Below are positions 49,514 to 59,671 of a stretch of 64,000 nucleotides of DNA, piece after piece (position 1 is the first letter of the stretch; every line of letters begins with the position of its first letter). The translations under genes were made by a program, and so were the position numbers. The DNA is from Mobula hypostoma (taxonomy: Eukaryota), in assembly GCF_963921235.1 (NCBI RefSeq), contig NC_086097.1, forward strand, positions 85,624,001 through 85,688,000. The letters run 5' to 3'. The notes beneath the pieces were generated by a model, which had not been told where the DNA came from, searched no databases, and was given only the letters and a program-made list of their open reading frames with translations.

Positions 49514-52206
49514 GTTGGAGGATCAGCCATGATCATAATAAATGGCGGTGCAGGCTCGAAGGGCCGAATGGCCTACTCCTGCACCTATTTTCTATGTTTC
49601 TATATTATAGACCACTCAATAATCCACAGGATTTAGAGGAACATGTTTGTACAGAGATCACAGGCTAATGCAAGAAACATAAGGTTGTTATAGTAGGTGA
49701 TTTTAACTTTCCACTTATTGACTGGGACTCCCATACTGTAAAAGAACTAGATGGGATAGAGTCTGTCAAAAGTGTTCAGGAAAGTTTCCTTCATTAGTAT
49801 TTAGGAATCCCGACAAGAGAGTGTGTAATACTTGACCTGCTATTACAGAATGAGACAAGGAAGGGGATAGAAGTTTGTGTAGATGAACAGTTTGCACCTA
49901 GTAACCATAATGCCATTAGTTTCAAAGTAAATATGGAAAATAATAGATCTGTTCTGCAGGTTGAGTTTCTAAGATGGAGCAAGGCCAATTTTGATAGTAT
50001 CAGAAAGCATCTGGCAAGTGTGGTTTGGGACAGGCTGTTTTCTGCCAAGGGTGTACTTGGTAAGTGGGAGGACTTCAAAGTGAAAATTTGAGAGTACAAA
50101 ACTTGTATGTATCTGTCAGAATAAAAAGTAAAGATAACAAGTTAGGAAACCTTGGTTTTCAAGAGATATTGAGGCCCTGCTTAAGGAAAAAAAAGATGTA
50201 TAGCAGGTTTAAACAGGTAGGAACAATTGATGTACTTATGCAGTATAAGAAATGCAAGAGGACACTTCAGAAAGATATAAGGAGGAATAAAAGAAGACAT
50301 GAGATTGCTCTAGCAGACCAGGTGAAAGAGAATCCCAAGGGATCCTACAAAATGTTAAGAGTAAATGAATTGCAAGGGGACAAAATTGGTCATCTGGAAG
50401 ATCAGAATGGAGCCAGACGAGATGGGGAGATCTTAAAAAGATTTTCGTATCTGTATTTATTTGGGAGATGGACAAAGAGTCTGTAGAAGTGGGGCAAAGC
50501 AGCAGCGAGATCACGCTTCTGTACAGATTACAGAGGAGGTGGTGTTTGCTGTCTTGAGGCAAATTTGGGTGGATATATCTCCAGGGTCTGACAAGCCATT
50601 CCCACGGACACTGTGGGAGGCAAGTGTGACAGGTGAGGTACTGGAGGATTGGCAAATAGCTAATGTTACTCCACTGTTTAAGAAAGACTTTAAAAATAAA
50701 CAAGAAAATTATAGACCAATGAGTCTGACATCAGTAGTGAGAGTTATAGGAAGGTATTCTAAGGGACAAGATATATGTGTCTTAGGATAGACAAGGACAG
50801 ATTAGAGATAGTCAGCATGGCTTTGTATGTGATAGGTTGAGCCTAACCAAATTATAGAGTTTTTGAGGAAGTTACCTGGAAAGTTGATGGAGGTAAGACT
50901 GTGAATTTTGTCTACATGGATTTTAGCAAGGCATTTGTTAAGGTCCCACATGGAAGGTTGTTCAAAAAGTCCCTTAGCATTCAAGATGAGGTGGTAAACT
51001 GGATTAGACATTGGCTTTCTGGGAGAAGCCAGAGAATGGTAGTAGATGGCTGTCTCGCTGACTGAGGCCAGTGACTAGTGGAGTGTTACAGGGATCGGTG
51101 CTGTGTCTGTTGTTGTTTGTCATCTATATCAGTGATCCAGATTATAATGTGGTTAGCCGGATAAGAAATTTGTGGGTGACACCAAGATTAGGTGTGTAGT
51201 GAACAATGAGGAAGGCTATCAGAGCTTGGAGTAGGATATGGACCAGTTGGAAAAATAAAGGATAGAATTGAATGCAGACAAGTTTGACATGTTGCACTTT
51301 GGTAGGATCAACCAGCATAGGTCTTACAGAGTGAACGATAGGGCACTAAGGAGTGCGGTAGAACAAAGGGAATACAGGTCCATAAAGTGGTGGTACAGAG
51401 AGACAGGGTCACAAGGAAAGCTCTTGGCACATTGGTATTGAGAGCAAGAGATGGGATGTCATGTTGAAGTTGTTTAAGACATTAGTGAGTATTGTGTGCA
51501 GTTTAGGTCACCAATCTACAAGAAAGATATAAATGAGGTTGAAATAGTACAGAGAAAATTCACAAGGATGTTGCTGGGACTAGAGGGCCTGAGTTATAAG
51601 GAAAGATTGAACAGGTTATGATTTTATTCCTTAGAACATAAAAGATTGAGAAGAGATTTGATAGAGGTATATAAAATTATGAGGGGTATTGATAGGGTAA
51701 ATGCAAGCAGGCTCCTTCCATTCAGGTTGGGGGAACTACAGCTAGAGATCATGGCTTGTGGGTGAAAGGTGAAAAGTTTAAGTTTAGAGTAGAACAAGCT
51801 GCCAGTGCCAGTGATGCATGCAAACTCAATTTTAATGTTTAAGAGAAGCTTGGATAGGTGCATGGTTGAGTGGGATATGGAGGGCTATGGTCCAGGTGAA
51901 GGCTGATAGGACTAGGCAGTTTAAATGGTTCAGCATAGAATAGATGGGCTAAGGGGCCTGTTTCTGTGCTGTGCTTTTCTATCACTCTATGACTCCATGG
52001 TTGATCAAAGAATATACTGTATCTGATGCACCTAAGAACATCAAATCTTAATTTCCCTGTCAGTCTTCAGAGAGGCACATATAAGATTATATTCCATGTG
52101 TATTTGGTGCACCAATCACATCCTTAGTGCAAATATCACATCCTTAGTACAGGTACAATCTTTGACCAAATTTCTGGAGTGGAGCAGATTGATTCAGAAA
52201 TTGTCA

Positions 52207-53652
52207 CAATTGTGTTCCACTCCAGAAATGGCTGATGTAAAAATAATTATTTAAACATAAATTTCTTGGCCTTATTGCTGAGACACAGGGAGAAGGAATT
52301 ACTTCCTGTGTGCCTTGTGCAGAAATGGCCTCATATTGAGAACTGCTTTGCTTCCTTTCCACACCCGCCTTTCAAATGTATTGTCCCATTGTGCATCGTC
52401 CTCTGCCAAATCCCCTATTAATGCCACACTGCAAGGTGAATAGCTGCACATAAACCTATAACTGAAACTTGAGATCAGAGAAATTCCTTAAGCACTTTGC
52501 ACACAATTTCTTCTAGATTTAGGTCAACTGATACAACCATGCAAACTATGAAACTACTTGGTGAACCACAGCAAATGGTACAAAGAAATGAACCCAGCAA
52601 CAAACTGGCAAATAGTGACCTCTAATTAATGCTGGAAGGTACTGCTACTTGCTGCTAACATTGTCCGACCGTGCAGTGTTGAGCGGGACCATGATGGAGC
52701 TTTTCAGCTCCAAAATGTCATGGGCCTATGTCAATACTATATACTGCTCCTTACTCCCTACATGACCTATGGGTGTCCTTTTGCAGCTCCAGTTGTGGTT
52801 GTAGCACCCGGAAAGGGGTACTCGTTTCTAATCATTCAGCTCATGCAACAAAGTAGGGTACCACGTACAATTCTGATTTGATGGAGACAGATGTGAGAAT
52901 ACGGAGGAACATCCGGAGAAATTTCTGAAATGCCCACTTCGCTGCCGCTGCTACTGTGTGGTAACCGAAATCTCCTGAGCAGAAGGCCCCGAATCCTCGG
53001 CTTTGCATGTTTCAACAGCCGGGGTGGGGTCGAAGGCACTCGGGAGGCTGTATCGGAGGGGCTGATCGGAGGCTCGAAGTTTTTGGATGGATGGACTCAG
53101 TGTCGGCTGTGGTCGGCTGCTTCCAAGTCATCGGCAAGTTGTCGGTGCCTGGAGGTTTACGGCAGGAAGTTTCTCCCTTTTGCCGCCTGCTATCGGGGAC
53201 TCGGGAGTCGATCGACTCGGGACTTTCAGGCTTTTTTTTTTACCGTGCCCATGGTTTGTTCTTCATCAAATTATGGTATTGCTTTGCACTGCTGTAACTA
53301 TATGTTATAATTATGTGGTTCTGTCAGCGTTAGTCTTTGCTTTGTCCTGTTTTCTGTGATATCACTCTGGAGAAACATTGTATCATTTCTTAATGCACGT
53401 ATGCATTTCTAAATGACAATAAAAGAGGTCTGAGTGTTCTCATAATCTTAAAAAAAGTCTATTACAGCAAATAATATTTTAACTGTGCTTCAAAATTTAT
53501 TAACTAATGACTGGTTTATTGGACTGCTGCAATCAGTATTTAACAGGTCTTGTGCGATACAAGATTAGAAGTAATGATGCACACAAACTTACACTAATTG
53601 TCGACAATTAGCCATAAAACATCTGAGCTAACTTGCCACTAATATAGTTTCT
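52207..53652 (+). repeat. Copy 1 of ~843-bp direct repeat (contains a 599-bp insertion)
   Basis: caattgtgttc...aacttgccactaatatagtttct aligns end to end with 56350-57193. Confidence 0.95.
52855..53453 (+). mobile_element. Unclassified CpG-rich non-LTR retroposon fragment with 5-bp TSD
   Basis: Absent from repeat copy 2. aaagt at 52850-52854 and 53454-53458. aataaa plus short A tail. Confidence 0.75.
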
Positions 53653-56349
53653 TTCTTTTCAAATCTTTTTATTGTTATTATCCAAAATTAACAAAAGTAA
53701 ATCGAAGTAGGGAACACCTACTATGTCTCAAGAAAAAAAACATTGTTTTAAAGATTGAAAAAATTTTGGTGACAAAAAAAGAGAAAAAAACCCTACTAAG
53801 GAAGGAAAAGTGAGGAAAAAAACCCCATTAGGTGTTCAACCCTGGAGCCATGCATCATACAAAAAGCTTCTAAAGACAAACATCAAACCGCCAGCAAGAA
53901 AAAAAATGTACCAAAAATTCACAATTAAATCGTGGAGGAAATCTATCAATTAACTCAAATGATAGTAATGAGCAAATGAACCCCATCTTTTCTCAAAATC
54001 AAACATAGGTTCCAAAGTTCGACTTCTAATTTTCTCCAAACGAAGACATAGCATCACTTGAGAGAACCATTGTGACAAAGTGGGAGCTGATGTATCCTTC
54101 CACTTCAACAAAATGGCCCTCCTAGCTATCAATGTAACAAATGCAATAGCATGTTGGTCAGACAAAGAGATACCGCGGATATTTTGAGGAATTATTCCAA
54201 AAAGCACAGTTAATTTGTTAGGTTGTAAATTAATTTCAAGTGTTTTAGAAATTGTAGAAAAAACTGACTTCCAGAACTGTTCCGGTATAGAACAGGACCA
54301 AAACATGTGTGTCAGTGTAGCTGTCTCAGTTTTACATCTATCGCAATAACTATCAACATTAGGACACATTTTAGACAATCTCTCCTTCGTCACATAGTAA
54401 CAATGTACAATTTTAAATTGAATCAGTGAATGACTAACACAGATCAAAGAAAAGTTAACCAACTCCAAAATCCGCGTCCAGTCCTCCATCATAAAAGTCA
54501 AATTAAGTTCCTTTTCCCAATCTTGTTTAATCTTAAATAAAGGACGCTTATCCCATTGTAATAGTAAATTATAAATTCTTCCAATCGAACCCTTCATCAA
54601 AGGGTTCATACTTATAATAGTTTCTAACAGGTCAGCATCTAATATGTAAGGAAAATTACTTAAATATTTTTGTAAGAAATGCCTAACTTGAAGGTATTGT
54701 AAAAAGTCTGAGTATGAAAGAGAATATTTATCAACTAATTGTTCAAAAGACATCAGTCTATCTTCTTTAAATAAATCCAGAAAAGAATTAATACCTTCAT
54801 TTTACCAAAGTAAAAAAACTGGATCACTCAAAGAAGGCTTAAAAAATGTAATTTCAATAAATTAAACTACAAAGTTTAAATTTTTTAAGATTAAAAAAAT
54901 TACGGGACTGGAGCCAAGTTTGTAAAGAAATCTTAATCACAGGGTATAAATTTAAATTAGCAACTTTAGCTAATTGTATAAGTAAAGCAGCTCCCAATAA
55001 CAAGGTTAAATAAAACTGTTTCACAGCTTTCAATTCCAAATCTACCCAAACTGGCCGATAGTTCTTATCAACCCAGTGTAACCAAAAGGACAAATATCGC
55101 ACATTAATAGTCATAGTTATAGTCATACTTTATTGATCCCGGGGGAAATTGGTTTTCGTTACAGTTGCACCATAAATAATAAACAGTAATAGAACCATAA
55201 ATAGTTAAATAGTAATATGTAAATTATGCCAGTAAATTATGAAGTAAGTCCAGGACCAGCCTATTGGCTCAGGGTGTCTGACCCTCCAAGGGTCAGCACA
55301 GTAACAGCCCAGTAATACATTCTTAAATTAGGCAAAGCGAGACCTCCATCCTTTTTCAACTTTTGTAAATGACATTTACTAATTCTTGGTCTTTTATTAT
55401 TCCAAATAAAAGATAAAATAATAGAATCAATCCGATCAAAAAACTTCTTAGTCAGAAAAACAGGGATATTCTGAAATAAATATAAAAATTTTGGTAAAAT
55501 GATCATTTTGACTAGATGGATGCGACCAACAAGTGAAAATGTAAGTGGGTTCCATGTACTAAACAAATACTTCATAGAATCTACCAACGGAACAAAATTA
55601 GTTTTATAAAGATCCTTATATTTTTAATGATTGTAACACCTAAATATCTAAAGGAATCCATGACTTTGAAAGGAGTATTATCATATATAGAAACCGACTC
55701 ATTTAAAGGAAACAGTTCACTTTTACTAAAACTTATTTTATGTCCTGAAAAATCTCCAAATTCATTAAATAATTTTAGCAAGGCAGGAATAGATTCCTCA
55801 GGATTGGATATATAAACCAGTAAATCATCAGTGTAAAGAGAAATCTTATGAATGGTCTCATTCACAAAAAACCCATAAATATCTTTAGCTTCACGGAGCA
55901 ATAGCAAGGGGTTCTAGTATTAAATTAAATAACAAAGGACTTGATGGACAACCTTATCTTGTCCCCCGTGAAAGCTGAAAAAAAGGGGATCTACAGTTAT
56001 TAGTAATAACAATTGCAATAGGGTTTTTATATATCATTCTAATCCAATTATTAAAATTAACACCAAAGCCAAATTTCTCTAAAACATAAATAAATATTTC
56101 CATTTGACTCCATCGAACGCTTTTTCCGCATCCAAAGAGACGACGCATTGTGGAGTTTTAAAAGAGGACGCATATATAATATTAAATAATCGCCGAACAT
56201 TTTAACCAGAATAACGGCCCTTGATAAAGCCTGTTTGATCTTTAAAAATAATTTTACCCAAAATATTCTTATCTTTGACAGAATCTTAGCATAAATATTC
56301 AATAATGAAATCGGTCTATATGAGGCACAATCAGTAGAATCTTTATCTG
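53653..56349 (-). mobile_element. L1-clade LINE, 5'-truncated ORF2 pseudogene
   Basis: SYRPISLLNIYAKILSK, LSRGTR.GCP, ISLYTDD, LPKFLYLFQ, GGLALPN, Cys-rich CDRC...HMFWSC; aataaa and A-rich 3' end at ~53653-53675. Confidence 0.92.
55108..55295 (-). mobile_element. Short LINE 3' tail inserted in the L1
   Basis: Interrupts L1 YYWAV|NVRYL. TSD gcacattaa (55099-55107) / gcacagtaa (55296-55304). (atgact)n tail. Confidence 0.8.
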
Positions 56350-57193
56350 CAATTGTGTTCCCCCCCAGAAATGGCTAATTTAAATATAATTATTTAAACA
56401 CAAATTTCTTGGCCTTATTGCTGAGACACAGGGAGAAGGAATTACTTCCTGTGTGCCTTGTGCTGAAATGGCCCCATATTGAGAACTGCTTTGCTTCCTT
56501 TCCACACCCGCCTTTCAAACATTTTGTCCCATTGTGCATCGTCCTCTGCCAAATCCCCTATTAATGCCACACTGCAAGATGAATAGCTGCACGTAATCCT
56601 ATAACTGAAACTTGAGATCAGAGAAATTTCTTAAGCACTTTGCACACAATTTCTTCTAGACTTAGGTCAACTGATGTAACCATGCAAACTATGAAACTAC
56701 TTGGTGAACCACAGCAAATGGTACAAAGAAATGAACCCAGCAACAAACTGGCAAATAGTGACCTCTAATTAATGCTGGAAGGTACTGCTACTTGCTGCTA
56801 ACATTGTCCGACCGTGCAGTGTTGAGCGGGACCATGATGGAGCTTTTCAGCTCCAAAATGTCATGGGCCTATGTCAATACTATATACTGCTCCTTACTCC
56901 CTGCATGACCTATGGGTGTCCTTTTGCAGCTCCAGTTGTGGTTGTAGCACCCGGAAAGGGGTATTTGTTTCTAATCATTCAGCTTGTGTGACAAAGTCTA
57001 TTACAGCAAATAATGTTTTAACTGTGCTTCAAAATTTATTAACAAATGACTGGTTTATTGGACTGCTGCAATCAGTATTTAACAGGTTTTATATGAAATA
57101 TAGGATTAGAAGTAATGTTGAACACAAACTTACATTTATTGTGGACAATTAGCCATAAAACATCTGAGCTAACTTGCCACTAATATAGTTTCT
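56350..57193 (+). repeat. Copy 2 of ~843-bp direct repeat
   Basis: Aligns with 52207-53652 minus the insertion. Confidence 0.95.
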
Positions 57194-57494
57194 CAACTTA
57201 CCGCATGCTTTCTCACCTTACAACTTCTAGCGTCACCGTGTACAAAAGGATAACAAGAGCGTGGAAGACTTTAATTGAATTGTAACAAGACTTTACCTCC
57301 TTAGAAGTACCCCCTCAAAGTGAGGAAATGACAGTAGTACGAGGGGTTCAGTGAATAGAGGCTTGAATTAGATGCTTTGGAAAGGATAGTTCAAGGCCTG
57401 CTCTCAAAATGAGGGACAAGGGTGAATACAGTACCTTTGATCTTACTTCCCTCCCATGCATTATAATGGAATCTATTAATGCTAGACAAACACA

Positions 57495-57925
57495 AAAATC
57501 CTGCATTTATATAGTAACTTCCTTTATCTCAGGATTTCCATATTGTTTTACATACAATGAGTGTATTTGAACTTCTATTGCAACTTTAATATAAGAAAAA
57601 CAACCTAAAATTTGCCCAGAGCAAGCTGCCATTGACGAAATTATTTTCAATAGCATTGGTTGAGGGATTAATATTGGCCAAGGCTCTTGGGAGATCCATG
57701 CTACTTCCCTGAAATCATGAAATAGGAACTTAAGCTTCCACCTCAGAGAACAAATGCAGTTTTGCCCATCTCAAAAGAGAGCATCTCCAATAGAACATGC
57801 CTCAGAACAGCATGAATTATTAACCTACTGTACATTATTGGGCTTGAGGCTTTGGACTAAACTTAAACTCAGAACCTTCTGATGTAGGAGCAAGAATGTA
57901 GCAAACAGAGGTGCCGCAGACACTA
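57495..57925 (-). mobile_element. Ancient DeuSINE-like element
   Basis: ttggttgagggattaatattggcca...; tRNA-head-like agaaccttctga; tail ctgcatttatatag. Confidence 0.65.
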
Positions 57926-57974
57926 ACACAGGAATCAGCAAATTTCATTCAATCATAACCAAAAATACAGTAGG

Positions 57975-59335
57975 TAAACAGGCCTATCAGCCCATCATGT
58001 CTGAGCTGTCCATCAACTACCCAAATATGCTATTCCTACATTAATCCATAATTTCACTCTCATCATGTTCTCATTGGTTAATCAATAGAAAGCAGACAGT
58101 TGGGATACATGGTTATTACTCTGGTTGGCAGTCAGTGACGAGTGGTGTGCCGCAGGGGTCGGTGCTGGGCCCGCAACTGTTCACAATATACATTAACGAT
58201 CTGGAAGAGGGGACCGAGTGTAGTGTATATAAGTTTGCTGATGACACTGACTTGAGTGGAAAAGCAAATTGTCAGAGGATACAGAGAGTCTGCAGGGAGA
58301 TAGAGATAGGTTAAGTGAGTGGGCAAGGGTATGGCAGATGGAGCACAATGTTGGTAAATGCAAGGTCAGCCAATTTGGAAGGGAAAATGGAAGATCAGAT
58401 TATTATTTAAATGTAAAAGATTTCAGCATACTGCTATGCAGAATGGCTTGGGAGTGCTCGTGAAAGGTTGGTGCAGCAGGCTATCAAGAACTCAGATGGA
58501 ATGTTGGAATTGCTAGAGGGATTGAATTCAAGAGCAGGGAGGTCATGCTGCAACTGTACAGGGTGAGGCCACACCTGGAGTACTGTGTGCAGTTCTGGTC
58601 TCCTTACTCGGGGAAGGATATACTGACTTTCAAGGCGATGCAGAGGAGGTTCACCAGGTTGAGTCCAGAGATGAGGGGGTTAGGCTATGAGGAGATATTA
58701 AGTCGCCTGAGATTGTACTCACTGGAATTCAGAAGGTGAGAGGAGATCATATCGAAACATATAAAATTATGAAAGGGATAGATAAGATAGAGGTAGGAAA
58801 GTTGTTTCCACTGGTAGCTGAGACTAGAACTAGAGGACATAGTCTCAAGATCTGGGGCCATAAATTTAGGATGGAAATGAGGAGGAACTGCTTTTCCCAG
58901 AGAGTGGTGAATCTGTAGAACTCTCCGCCCAATGTAGCAGTGGAAGCTACCTCAGTAAATATATTTATGACAAGGTTGGATAGATTTTTGCATAATAGGG
59001 GAAAAGGCAAATAGGTGGAGATGAGTCCATGGTCAGATCAGCCATGATCTTATTGAATTGCCGAACAGGCTCGAAAGGCCAGACTTCCTACTCCTGCTCC
59101 TATTTCTAGTGTTCTTATGTTCTTATCAACTCCCCTATTGTTCTACCACTCACCTACAGGGGCAAGTACAGCAACCTACCAACCCATGTGTACTTGAGAT
59201 TGGGGGGGAGAAACACAGGGAGCCTGACAGAAGTTCTGAGGAAGAAGATGCCACCTTCACACCAGCACCACAATCAGGATTGAATCCATGTCTCTAGCGA
59301 CTCTGAGGCCTTGCTGACTACACCCACTGGGCTGT
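57975..59335 (-). mobile_element. V-SINE (HE1-like) remnant split by a CR1 insertion
   Basis: Halves 57975-58074 and 59125-59335; head-like caggattgaatccatgtctct...ctctgaggc. Confidence 0.55.
58075..59124 (+). mobile_element. CR1 RT 3' portion (different subfamily)
   Basis: [32 protein letters not shown]; tail gttcttatgttctta. Confidence 0.9.
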
Positions 59336-59489
59336 CCAATATTTCATTGTTCCTCCATGTGTAACAATAATCAGGTTCACCACCGTCAATGTGGATTCGG
59401 AAATTGAGATTCAAACTGATCCAGGTCTTTGACTCTTCTGAGAAAGTAGTGATGGCCAATGAGTCTGGTTAGACCTGGGATGCAATGTA

Positions 59490-59671
59490 CACTTAGTAGC
59501 CACTTTATTAGGGGCATCCTGTATCTTATAAAGTGGCCATTGAGTACATGTTCATGGTCTTCTGCTGCTGTAGCCCATCCATTTCAAGGATTGGCCTGTT
59601 GCACATTCAGAGATGCTCTCCTGCACACCACTGTTGTAATGCATGGTTATTTGAGTTACTGTCACCTTCCT
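59490..59671 (-). mobile_element. Terminal fragment of the non-autonomous Tc1 derivative, cut by the RTE
   Basis: Palindromic TIR end cacttagtagccactttatt...taaagtggccattgagt; minus-strand LKWMGYSSRRP. Confidence 0.75.

Larger units (their letters stand above)
45352..49603 (+). mobile_element. Full-length young CR1 LINE
   Basis: GC-rich 5' UTR, ORF1, ORF2 (APE + RT), 3' tttctatgtttctat tail; ctat on both sides. Confidence 0.95.
45285..51995 (+). mobile_element. Old CR1 (45285-45351 and 49604-51995) interrupted by a young full-length CR1
   Basis: APE sequence WVEMRNKKDMSTLMGL|YYRPLNN is continuous across the insert; degenerate RT; tail ctatcactctatgactc. Confidence 0.85.

Noticed and set aside
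46847..49536. Long minus-strand ORFs (258 aa, 230 aa, and MPPKWITSH... repeated at several loci)
   Set aside because: Antisense shadows of CR1 ORF2; they recur only because the element is repeated
52207..57193. LTR retrotransposon interpretation of the direct repeats
   Set aside because: No TG...CA termini, PBS or PPT seen; the interior is L1-type RT with an A-rich tail, not gag-pol
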